The notes beneath the pieces were generated by a model. The model did not search any database. It had not been told where the DNA came from and saw only the letters and a list, made by a program, of their open reading frames with translations. The translations under genes and the position numbers were made by a program. From the NCBI GenBank assembly GCA_041641305.1, contig JBEPYN010000003.1, positions 26,841 to 90,840 on the forward strand: DNA of 64,000 bases, given 5' to 3'. Shown one piece after another: positions 8,219-16,575 of this stretch; the first letter of the stretch is position 1, and each line of letters starts with the position of its first letter. Origin of the DNA: Nitrososphaerota archaeon. GTDB taxonomy: Archaea; Thermoproteota; Nitrososphaeria_A; Caldarchaeales; Caldarchaeaceae.

Positions 8219-9435
8219 GTCATCAGCCTCAAGCTTCTATGAAGGTGGGTAAGATAGTTTAGCAGATCCGTCTGCCTAACCAAGTAGACGTGACCGTAGA
8301 CCATACGGAGCCGCTGCACACGAGCATCTTCAAGAGCCTCCAAAAACTTTGCAGGCACCGACACGTTTTCCAGACTGGGCACGATAAGGTATAGGACACC
8401 GCCATGCAACATAACTCTCTCAGCCACTGTCTTGAGAGAAGCTTCGTCAAGGTTTGCGAACCTGCCCAACATAAACACGGCGTCAAACCCCCGCAAATAC
8501 TCCAGGTAATCAACAATCCTATACGGCGACACTGGCGGTGTTGAGGAGAGATATGTCAACAACCTGAAATAATCACTCAGCCCCGTAGCCTTCACCGCTC
8601 CTTCTCTGGCGCCAGGGACAACTATGGTTATCGAGTCGCCTCGTTCAAGAACGGATGACGCAAGTGTAGAGGCTGCCGCAACCACCGAGTCTAGCAGCGA
8701 AGGGTTGCCTAGGATATTGTTATGGCTGTAGTCTAGGACGAGACAGATCTTGAGACGGTTTTGTTTATCGAAACGTCGAACAAAAATTTCCCCGTTTTCT
8801 CTCGCTGTTCTCCTCCAATCAATAGCTTTCAACGGCTGCCCCTCCTCATACCTTGTTATCTCCCGAAAGATGTCGTCGACACCGTATTCGTGGGATGAGC
8901 CAGTACCTGTGTAGGGAGATGGGATCACTCTCTTCACGGCATCCGACATCCTTGGCTTACCTACTGCGGGCTCCGTGAAAACGATTTTCACCTCTTCTCC
9001 TAGAGAGAATTCTTTGTAGACCATTCCATAGTCGTCCAAAACATGTACTAACAGCGGCCCAAGGAGCCCAGTGCCACGTCCATCTGACGTAACTGTGTAA
9101 TCGAGCTCTAGAAGTTCGTCGGGGGCCAAGATTCTTTCAACTTGAACATTTCCTTCAACAAGTTTGAGACCCTCCAAACGATCTGCTATCCGTACCCTGA
9201 TTCTTCGACCCGATTTATTAGCCACCTTAACACGAACCTCGGTTTTCTCACCTCTTCGTAGCAGCTCTCGCCTTACTTGCCGCGAAAACAGGAAATCCGA
9301 TTGACTAAACATTCTGAGAGAAGATGAGGCAAAAACACAGTAAAGCAACGTGAAAACCCCAACTATGTAGATTGATAGGCTCAAGGCCTTGTAAACAGAA
9401 ACTGTGGATGCGAAAAACACTAGGATAAACATCGA
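8215..9435 (-). CDS. DUF58 family protein (degenerate vWA-like, MoxR partner)
   Basis: It has N-terminal TM helices and a C-terminal vWA-like region (CLVLDYSHNN...ITIVVPG), and lies directly downstream of MoxR as in known MoxR-DUF58 pairs. The track ORF extends to 9597, but that part overlaps MoxR. Likely starts are the ATG at 9435 or the TTG that overlaps the MoxR TGA. Confidence 0.7.
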   Translation of the reverse strand, partial: SMFILVFFASTVSVYKALSLSIYIVGVFTLLYCVFASSSLRMFSQSDFLFSRQVRRELLRRGEKTEVRVKVANKSGRRIRVRIADRLEGLKLVEGNVQVERILAPDELLELDYTVTSDGRGTGLLGPLLVHVLDDYGMVYKEFSLGEEVKIVFTEPAVGKPRMSDAVKRVIPSPYTGTGSSHEYGVDDIFREITRYEEGQPLKAIDWRRTARENGEIFVRRFDKQNRLKICLVLDYSHNNILGNPSLLDSVVAAASTLASSVLERGDSITIVVPGAREGAVKATGLSDYFRLLTYLSSTPPVSPYRIVDYLEYLRGFDAVFMLGRFANLDEASLKTVAERVMLHGGVLYLIVPSLENVSVPAKFLEALEDARVQRLRMVYGHVYLVRQTDLLNYLTHLHRSLRLMT

Positions 9436-9467
9436 TACTAATGTTTTGTAGCCTTGGGATGTCAGCC

Positions 9468-10424
9468 TCAAACCGGAACCTCCGTCTCCAACAAATATTC
9501 CCGAATAACTTTCTCGATGAATCCGTAGTCGGTTTTCTTGGAGAGGTCGAGGTACTCGGGTTTGGGCATGAGACGATGGTTGAGCACACGGTAGCAAACT
9601 TTCTTGACATCGTCGGGGATGACATAGTCGCGGTTATTCAACGCAGCATGGGCCTTGGCCGTGTAGAGTAGGGCTATCTCGGCTCTTGGACTCGCACCGA
9701 GCATCAACCTTGTGTCGGCCCTGCTTTTCATAACGATTTCAACTATGTACTCCAAAATTTCTGGCACTACCTTAACGTGATGAACCTCATCCATTGCAAG
9801 GGTGAGAAGGTCGCTGGTTATTGCGGGTTGAACTGGGATATCCTCGCCAAGCATGTCCCTTAACTTGAGAATTTGGATTTCTTCTTCGCGGCTTGGGTAG
9901 GAGACTATGACTCTCATCATGAAACGGTCTATCTCTGCTTCTGGAAGGGGGAAGGTGCCCTCAAGCTCCACGGGGTTCTGCGTGGCTATGACGAGAAAAG
10001 GCTCCGGCAACCTGTAGGTAACCCCCTCGACAGTCACCTGCCTCTCTTGCATAGCTTCAAGCAAGGCTGACTGGCTTCTCGGAGGAGCCCTGTTTATCTC
10101 ATCGATCAAAACCACGTTGGCGAAAACCGGACCCGGCTTAAACTCAAGCTCGCCTGTTTTCCTATTGAGGACGAGGCCGCCTATTATGTCTGATGGAAGA
10201 ATATCAGTCGTGAACTGCAGCCTCCTAAAGCTTAGGCCCAAGGACATCGCAAAAGATTTTGCTAGAAGCGTCTTGGCGAGACCTGGGACACCTTCCATTA
10301 TGACGTGGCCGCCTGTCAACAAAGCGATTATCAGCGACTCTACGGCCTCATGCATCCCCACGACAACTTTGCCGACCTCATTCCTCACACTTTCTCCAAG
10401 CATCGCAGCAAACATCTTATGCAT
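9468..10424 (-). CDS. MoxR-family AAA+ ATPase
   Basis: 318 aa with Walker A GVPGLAKT, Walker B LIDEINRA and the ATQNP..EGT.PLPEA..DRF signature of the MoxR (AAA_3) subfamily. Confidence 0.9.
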   Translation of the reverse strand: MHKMFAAMLGESVRNEVGKVVVGMHEAVESLIIALLTGGHVIMEGVPGLAKTLLAKSFAMSLGLSFRRLQFTTDILPSDIIGGLVLNRKTGELEFKPGPVFANVVLIDEINRAPPRSQSALLEAMQERQVTVEGVTYRLPEPFLVIATQNPVELEGTFPLPEAEIDRFMMRVIVSYPSREEEIQILKLRDMLGEDIPVQPAITSDLLTLAMDEVHHVKVVPEILEYIVEIVMKSRADTRLMLGASPRAEIALLYTAKAHAALNNRDYVIPDDVKKVCYRVLNHRLMPKPEYLDLSKKTDYGFIEKVIREYLLETEVPV

Positions 10425-10689
10425 ATTTTCTCAACTCCTCCTCTATTCTCCTGAGTAAGCGTCTCCTCTCCAAATCAGTCTCTTTCCCACCATAGTGTCT
10501 CAGCTTTTTCAGAGCCCTCCTAACATCACCATTCATCACCAGCTTAACCATTTCCGCATACTGGTCAACACCTACATCCCCATCCAACTTGGTCTCCTTT
10601 CTTTTCTTTTCACGTGGAATAGCCAGAAGTGATACTGTCCCCAAAAGCATCAAGGCCAACAGTATGGGAAAAGAGTAATCACCCATCAT
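10417..10689 (-). CDS. Small single-pass membrane protein with a highly charged C-terminal helix
   Basis: 90 aa with one TM (FPILLALMLLGTVSLLAI) followed by a Lys/Arg/Glu-rich tail. It overlaps both neighbouring genes. Confidence 0.5.
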   Translation of the reverse strand: MMGDYSFPILLALMLLGTVSLLAIPREKKRKETKLDGDVGVDQYAEMVKLVMNGDVRRALKKLRHYGGKETDLERRRLLRRIEEELRKYA

Positions 10690-11128
10690 ACCAGAACTCC
10701 TCTACAAGCTTGCGAAGACTTTCCTCGAATTGCGTGAGTTTCTCGCTAGTAGGCTCTTTGCCACCATACCTCACAGGCTCAAAAACCTCATACATCCTCT
10801 GTAGGTACGTTGCATAGTTATGTGGAATACGTCCAGAGTTGAGCACTTCTCTAGCTGTGTAACGCCCTGTGTCAACATTCACCGTATTGCAGATTTTTTT
10901 CAACACTTGTGGAAAAACTTTGATGACGGCTTCCGCGCTCTCGCCTTTCTGCAGCAAATGTTTGAAGAGCTCCTCCTCTTCTTTCAGGTTTATGATTTGT
11001 TGTGATGAGTTGGGTGAGTGTTTGTTTTTTGTCTTGGATTGGTTGACGAGGACGAGGCCGACGATGGCTGCGACAAGAAAAATGTTTAGCACAAGCCAGA
11101 ATGAGACGTTGTATAGAAGCGACTCCAT
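10679..11128 (-). CDS. Membrane-anchored DUF4129-like protein
   Basis: 149 aa with an N-terminal TM. The C-terminal pattern YTAREVL...YLQRMYEVFEPVRYGGKEPTSEKL resembles DUF4129 (T.RE ... YE..RYg). Confidence 0.55.
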   Translation of the reverse strand: MESLLYNVSFWLVLNIFLVAAIVGLVLVNQSKTKNKHSPNSSQQIINLKEEEELFKHLLQKGESAEAVIKVFPQVLKKICNTVNVDTGRYTAREVLNSGRIPHNYATYLQRMYEVFEPVRYGGKEPTSEKLTQFEESLRKLVEEFWYDG

Positions 11129-11134
11129 GTTTCC

Positions 11135-11872
11135 TCACTCTCGCTTCGTGAGCTGGGACTCGACGTAGAAGGCGGGGACGAAGCTTTCTTTCTGAACCAC
11201 TAGCTGAACAAGGCCTTCGATTGTGGCTGACGCGGTATAGGGTTGTGCTGTTTCGCCTGTTCTTATCTCTGTGAATGGCCCCCTGTATTTCGGGATGGCG
11301 CCGGGTAGGTATGAGACTGTTTCTTCTCCTATGTATCTTTTGAGATAGTTGCTTTGGTCGATGTAGGTTATGTAAGGTTTTCCAACATAGAGGCTGCTGT
11401 TGACTGGTGGGGTGTAGGCGGCCGTGATGTATGTCATCTGGGTTGCCGTGTCTATAACCACATCCACGGACTCGAGGCTAAATCTTGTTTCTACGAATCT
11501 GACAACCAACTCGGTTATCCTTGTCGTAACCTCCACCTCGACGGCATAGGTTGGAAAAGACGCCGTGGCTGAAGAGATGGATATGATGTGTTTGCCCGGT
11601 GTTGTTGTGAAGAAGGCGTAGCCGCTTAGGTTGGTGACTGTGGTGAAGTTGTTGAGTGAAACGAGGGCCCGAGGTATTGGCGAAGGCGTCAAACCTTCAA
11701 AGGGTTTTTGCTCCACCTTCACCCGGAGTATGTAGGGACGGGTGGGGGCCTCGCTAAAGCCTATGTCAAACTGAAGAGAACTGGTCGAAATAGGGGGCAT
11801 TATCTCGAAAAGGCTGAATCCTGTTAGAAGCGCCACCAAAGCCAATAAAATCACTACTCTTGAATTCTTCAC
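11135..11872 (-). CDS. Secreted or membrane-anchored beta-rich protein, function unknown
   Basis: 245 aa with a GTG start, a signal or anchor segment VVILLALVALLTGFSLF and three N-x-S/T sequons. It is the first gene of the MoxR array. Confidence 0.55.
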   Translation of the reverse strand: MKNSRVVILLALVALLTGFSLFEIMPPISTSSLQFDIGFSEAPTRPYILRVKVEQKPFEGLTPSPIPRALVSLNNFTTVTNLSGYAFFTTTPGKHIISISSATASFPTYAVEVEVTTRITELVVRFVETRFSLESVDVVIDTATQMTYITAAYTPPVNSSLYVGKPYITYIDQSNYLKRYIGEETVSYLPGAIPKYRGPFTEIRTGETAQPYTASATIEGLVQLVVQKESFVPAFYVESQLTKRE

Positions 11873-11965
11873 CGTCCAGTAACCTAACTTGCCTTTTCTT
11901 ATGCTTTATCAAACATACCGCTTCTGTATGCATATATAGCGTTAGCCCTCTAAAGTGCCTCGGAG

Positions 11966-12511
11966 TTGGGTGAGGAAGTAGTTAGCGTGGCCGCAAGCCT
12001 TGAGCTACTGGATGATGGCGAAGTTGTTTTTGTCGAGGGGGACTTGGGCTGGTTTAGGGAACGTGGCTACGGCGACACGCGGGGAGACAGGCGATATGTC
12101 TTCAGCCCCGTTGAAACACTTTACCTCGTAAAACACGGGAAGGCCGAGGTTTACCGAAATGGCCGGAAGCTCGGCTTCATCGAATTGCTAACCTTCTTCG
12201 CCGAGCGTGACCGCAACCTATGGCGAGACTACGTCATATACTTGGATTTGCGTAAAAGGCGATACGTTGTTAAAGAAGGGTTCGGCCCCAGGCTTCGGTT
12301 CAGAGTTTTTGAGAGGGGTGAGTATCCAGAGAAGCCTGCGAAATATCTCATCATTCCTCTCTATGAAGGTGAGAGCGTATCCGTCGATGAGCTCATTTCT
12401 CTTGTCAAGTCATGTAGAGCGATGGATAAGATAGCCGTTGTGGCGGTTTTGGATAGACGCAACGAGGTTGTGTACTACCACGCCACAGCGGTGGAGCTCC
12501 GGAACAGGTAG
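11966..12511 (+). CDS. endA: tRNA-splicing endonuclease subunit, probably the non-catalytic/structural type
   Basis: 181 aa and alignable by eye to M. jannaschii EndA (…FRVFERG…KYLIIPL…VVAVLDRRNEVVYY). The positions of catalytic Tyr and His appear to be Phe and Pro/Ala. Confidence 0.7.
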   Translation: MGEEVVSVAASLELLDDGEVVFVEGDLGWFRERGYGDTRGDRRYVFSPVETLYLVKHGKAEVYRNGRKLGFIELLTFFAERDRNLWRDYVIYLDLRKRRYVVKEGFGPRLRFRVFERGEYPEKPAKYLIIPLYEGESVSVDELISLVKSCRAMDKIAVVAVLDRRNEVVYYHATAVELRNR

Positions 12512-12521
12512 GAGGAAGAGG

Positions 12522-13364
12522 ATGAGGGTACTGTCTTTTCTGAAGTTGATGAGGCCGCCCAACGGGCTGCTGATGTTTTTCGCCGTCTTGATAGGTGTGC
12601 TGTTCTCCGACATGAGGACAGTCAATCTCCAGCAAATCATCTTTGCTTTCGTAACATCTTTCGGCTTAACAGGTTCTTCGATGGCTTTGAATGACTATTT
12701 TGATAGGGAGGTTGATGTGGTCAACAACCCAAGCCGCCCCATCCCATCGGGAGAAGTTTCGCCTGCCTCAGCTGTTGCCCTCTCCTCCATACTGGCCGGT
12801 GCAGGCCTTCTTACAGCGTTTTTATCTTCCACGGCCTGTTTTGTCATGGCTGCAGTGGCTTTTGCCGTCTCTACAGTTTACAACATGTTCCTCAAAAAGA
12901 CGGGGTTGTTGGGAAATTTCGCTGTAAGCTTCACCGTAGTGGCGCCGTTCCTCTATGGCTCTATTCTTGCCGACGGCTACGTGTCTTGGAGTGTGATTGT
13001 CTTCGCTGTGCTGGCTTTCTTGGCCAACACTGGCCGAGAGGTTGTCAAGGGCATTACAGATGTGGAGGGTGATGCGGTGAGAGGTGTGGCCACGATTGCT
13101 CGGAAAAGCGGGCTGAGGACAGCGGCGCGGGTTGGGGCAGGGTTCTATCTTGCCGCGGTGGTGCTCAGCCCGGTTCCCTACCTACTCGATGTGGTCAACA
13201 TCATGTATCTTCCCCTTGTCTCCGCAGCCGACGCCGGCTTCGTCTACAGCAGCATACGCGTGATAAGAAACCCGGAACCTGTTGAGGCTAAAAAGCAGAA
13301 AAACCTAACCCTGCTGTGGATGCTTTTCGCACTTGTCTCCTTCGCGGTAGGCGGCCTCCGCTAA
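12522..13364 (+). CDS. UbiA-family prenyltransferase, likely digeranylgeranylglyceryl phosphate synthase
   Basis: Polytopic protein with the Asp-rich motif NDYFDREVD. The ATG at 12522 (MRVLSFLKLMRPPNG) follows the endA stop. The longer track ORF from 12438 overlaps endA. Confidence 0.7.
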   Translation: MRVLSFLKLMRPPNGLLMFFAVLIGVLFSDMRTVNLQQIIFAFVTSFGLTGSSMALNDYFDREVDVVNNPSRPIPSGEVSPASAVALSSILAGAGLLTAFLSSTACFVMAAVAFAVSTVYNMFLKKTGLLGNFAVSFTVVAPFLYGSILADGYVSWSVIVFAVLAFLANTGREVVKGITDVEGDAVRGVATIARKSGLRTAARVGAGFYLAAVVLSPVPYLLDVVNIMYLPLVSAADAGFVYSSIRVIRNPEPVEAKKQKNLTLLWMLFALVSFAVGGLR

Positions 13365-14014
13365 ACCTCGGCTAAAACTGTGCAGGGCGCGCTGTCAACC
13401 TCGTCAACGATAAGCGGAGCGACCACAACCCTCTTAAACACATTCGGCTTACCAATCAAATCCATGTCCTCAATAATCAGGAAGCTTCGTCCGACCAGAA
13501 GCCGTCGATGAGCCTCACGCCCCTCCTCCCTTCTCATGGGAGAAGATATCGATATCATGTCGACGCCAAGTGCTCTGAGGTTGCTGAACTGTCGCAAAAA
13601 TGACGCGGCCTCGGCTGACAGGCATGGACCCCGCTTCATGTAGGCCTCTGGGTCTTTTTCACGGTAGCGTTGGAAACCTGTTCTTATAAGTAGAAGATCT
13701 GAGTGCTGCAGGGTTTTTCCATGTCTCTCGAGGTCTGAGGCAGTGATGAGCTCGCCGACGTCTTTGTCTACATCGATTAGCAGCGGTTTCTCGAAGACAA
13801 GCTCTTCAGCCTTGTATGATGATATTTTTCGGCCATGTGGGTCGAAGTGGTATGGGGCGTCGACATGCGTCCCTATGTGGTTGAGCAGCTTTATGAAGAA
13901 TGTGTTGCTACTGTCACCCTTGGCAATCTGCTTATCTGGTGTAAACTCGGGCCGAGGCCCATCATCGTAGCAGGGAGAATATCTTGTGAGAACATGGGAG
14001 AGGTAAATCCACAT
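13361..14014 (-). CDS. Cyclase-family protein (kynurenine formamidase-like)
   Basis: It carries the signature HIGTHVDAPYHF. The ATG at 14014 has a TATA-like TCTAATAGA about 25 nt upstream. The longer GTG ORF to 14134 is less likely. Confidence 0.65.
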   Translation of the reverse strand: MWIYLSHVLTRYSPCYDDGPRPEFTPDKQIAKGDSSNTFFIKLLNHIGTHVDAPYHFDPHGRKISSYKAEELVFEKPLLIDVDKDVGELITASDLERHGKTLQHSDLLLIRTGFQRYREKDPEAYMKRGPCLSAEAASFLRQFSNLRALGVDMISISSPMRREEGREAHRRLLVGRSFLIIEDMDLIGKPNVFKRVVVAPLIVDEVDSAPCTVLAEV

Positions 14015-14159
14015 CAGCCAACCCACATCCACAAAACAATCTATTAGACTTAACCATGCAGCATGGCCGCTGTTTGTCCAGAAGCCGAGCCCAACACGGT
14101 TTAAACCGGAAAAGCATGATAGAGGGTGGGCCACACTTTTATAATGAGACTCCGAGTGT

Positions 14160-15206
14160 TTGTTGGCTTTGAACGGTGTTTTGCGGCTTGGTTACTGGGC
14201 TGGTCTTGAACAGTATGACCCAGCGAGGATTGTGGCGCATTCTATACATGCGGAGGCTGTTGGCTTTGACATAATTGCGTTGAGCGACCATTTTCATCCA
14301 TGGAGCGACACAGGTGGTCAGGCAGGGTTCCCGTGGATCGTGTTGTCAGCCGTAGCAGAACACACGAAGAAAGTTGAGTTGGGAACAGCGGTGACCACGC
14401 CCTTTTTCCGCTACCACCCCGCCATAGTTGCACAAGCTTTCGCAACACTAGACTACCTATATCCAGGCCGCATATTCATAACCGTGGGAACCGGACACGC
14501 CATGAACGAGACACCTCTCGGCTTCAAATGGCCTGGATACAGAGAAAAAGTGGAGAGGCTCCGCGAAGCAATCGAGATAATTCAGCTGTTGTGGAAAGGT
14601 GACTTCGTAGACTACGAGGGTAAATACTATCAACTCAAGTCAGCCAAGCTCTACACAAAGCCGCTCACAAAAATCCCCATGTATGTCGCCACCTCCAACT
14701 CCACAGTCGCCGAGATAGCTGGAGAGCTCTGCGACGGCATACTAACCAACCCCCGTGGAATGGATAAGTTCATGGAGATTATCACGGCCTTGGAGAGGGG
14801 TGCGAGGAAAGCTGGTAAAGATCCCTCGAAGCTGAGTAAATGTCTGGAGTTTAAGGTCTCTTACGACCATGACTACGACAGGGCTTACAAGGCTGCGTTG
14901 TTCTGGGCGCCGACGGCGATACCCCGTGAGAAACGGGAGAAAATCTCGGACCCAAGAGTGCTGGAGGCCATGGTGGGAGAAGAGGAGAGACGGAAAATTA
15001 AAGAGACATGGCTTATCACAACAGATGTGGACGACATCTTCAAATCCTTATCTCACCTGCTCAAACTCGGCTTCGACCGCGTCTACATCCACAGCGCCTC
15101 TCCCAACGAGGAGAAGTTCCTCAACCTGCTCGGCCGCGACATCCTACCATGGATGCGCGAGTTCTACGAACAGCTCGGCAGACCTATGAGGCCTGTACTG
15201 GAGTAG
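14160..15206 (+). CDS. Luciferase-like (LLM) F420/flavin-dependent oxidoreductase
   Basis: 348 aa. The pattern LRLGYWAGLEQYDP...GFD..ALSDHFHPW is typical of the LLM family related to F420-dependent G6P dehydrogenases. It starts with TTG. Confidence 0.7.
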   Translation: MLALNGVLRLGYWAGLEQYDPARIVAHSIHAEAVGFDIIALSDHFHPWSDTGGQAGFPWIVLSAVAEHTKKVELGTAVTTPFFRYHPAIVAQAFATLDYLYPGRIFITVGTGHAMNETPLGFKWPGYREKVERLREAIEIIQLLWKGDFVDYEGKYYQLKSAKLYTKPLTKIPMYVATSNSTVAEIAGELCDGILTNPRGMDKFMEIITALERGARKAGKDPSKLSKCLEFKVSYDHDYDRAYKAALFWAPTAIPREKREKISDPRVLEAMVGEEERRKIKETWLITTDVDDIFKSLSHLLKLGFDRVYIHSASPNEEKFLNLLGRDILPWMREFYEQLGRPMRPVLE

Positions 15207-16364
15207 CTAAGCCGTCACACTCTGATGCCATCTCAGAATGTATTCCGGCAGCTTGAATCCCTTGGACTCGAGACTCTCGACAAGCAATATGGGCAGGGGG
15301 CTGAGCGCGAACTCTGCGTAGACGTAAAACCTGTTCGGGCGGCCTGGCTCGTTTTTGACAGGGATTTCTAAAACGCTGTCGGCCATCGATGCGATGGTGC
15401 TGTCGGCGTTGCCGACGACCGCAGCAATCTGTCCACCCATCCGCTTGAAGCTTTTACACCATGTCGACACTATCTCTGTTTCGCCGCTGCTTGAGATGAC
15501 GATGAGTAGGTCACCCTGCCGCGGAGCGGGTGTGCTGGACTCCCGCGCCACGTAAACCTGGTCCCCAATGGCTCTCTTGATATGGCTCACCCTCACCGCC
15601 GTCATCCTAGCCACCTCGTAGCTGCTGCCGAGGCCCGCGAAGAAGCAGAGGCTCCTTGTCTCGAGCTTACGTGTCACGAACTCGTAGAACTCGGAAGAGA
15701 GGCTTTTCTCAACAACTTTACCTGCCTCGAGGCATATTTCTTTAGCGTTTTCATGTGCTCTTATCGGCAGGGCTTTGTCATATAGTGCTTCGGCCATTGC
15801 GTGGAACAGGGCTCCGCTCCCAAGTATGAATGTGTCCTCCATTATCCCCACGTCCCGGAAAACCTTCGCCTCCTCAGCCTCCGCAACCTCCTCACGCCCC
15901 ATGAGATGGAGAACGTTTCCATATTTGCTGGCTATTTTTGCGAGCGGTGACTGAAGGTCAGAGGTGACGAGGTCTATTGTGTAGTCTCTGTGTGCGCCTG
16001 TTTTGCCTATGTATGATGCGAGATTCTGGGCGTCGACGAGAGGGGTGATGCTGCGGCCTGAGCCAGAGTTTATCAGCAAGCAGACACGGCCAAACCTCTG
16101 CTTGAGAATCGGAGCGGCTTCCGATATCTCTCTCCCCGGAAAACCCACATCGCCCCGGTCGATGACAATCTTTCCATCCCTCATTTTCGCCATCTCGCTG
16201 ACCGCTATGCTCAACGCGCCCTTAGAACGGCCTTCGCCAAGCGGGATAATAACACCGGCCGATTGAATGTCGTGCAAAAGTCTCTCGAGGCTGTCGAGGT
16301 CAACGGTGCTGACGTTCCTGTATATCCTGTTTACATATCCAAGGCTTGATATAGTCTCGGACAA
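15207..16364 (-). CDS. Tandem SIS-domain sugar-phosphate isomerase/binding protein
   Basis: 385 aa with two SIS-like halves (LLINSGSGRS... and LLIVISSSGETE...). It starts with TTG. Confidence 0.5.
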   Translation of the reverse strand: MSETISSLGYVNRIYRNVSTVDLDSLERLLHDIQSAGVIIPLGEGRSKGALSIAVSEMAKMRDGKIVIDRGDVGFPGREISEAAPILKQRFGRVCLLINSGSGRSITPLVDAQNLASYIGKTGAHRDYTIDLVTSDLQSPLAKIASKYGNVLHLMGREEVAEAEEAKVFRDVGIMEDTFILGSGALFHAMAEALYDKALPIRAHENAKEICLEAGKVVEKSLSSEFYEFVTRKLETRSLCFFAGLGSSYEVARMTAVRVSHIKRAIGDQVYVARESSTPAPRQGDLLIVISSSGETEIVSTWCKSFKRMGGQIAAVVGNADSTIASMADSVLEIPVKNEPGRPNRFYVYAEFALSPLPILLVESLESKGFKLPEYILRWHQSVTA

Positions 16365-16432
16365 CTTTTTCCATGGTTACGGTTTCAGCCGAGGATAAAA
16401 GCCTAAAGCCTGCTTCTGTGAAGTTTTTTTCA

Positions 16433-16517
16433 GCGGGGGTCGCCAAGCCTGGTCAACGGCGCAGGGTTCAGGCCCCTGTCCCGAAGGGGTTCGTGGGTTC
16501 AAATCCCACCCCCCGCA
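16433..16517 (+). tRNA. tRNA-Leu (anticodon CAG), class II with a long variable arm
   Basis: The cloverleaf folds by hand. Acceptor GCGGGGG/CCCCCGC, anticodon stem CAGGG/CCCTG, loop TTCAGGC, variable arm TCCCGAAGGGGTTC, T arm GTGGG-TTCAAAT-CCCAC. No CCA is encoded and there is no intron. Confidence 0.9.
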
Positions 16518-16575
16518 TCATGTCATAAACCTAATAATCGGTTTTTCAGTGATTGATTAGGTATACTGGTTAGGT

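Noticed and set aside
9436-9597. N-terminal extension of the DUF58 ORF (MLPCAQPSSHAQ...), overlapping MoxR by 130 nt.
   Set aside because: The extension is unstructured in composition and overlaps the conserved MoxR C-terminus. A start at the TTG overlapping the MoxR stop, or at ATG 9435, gives the usual DUF58 topology.
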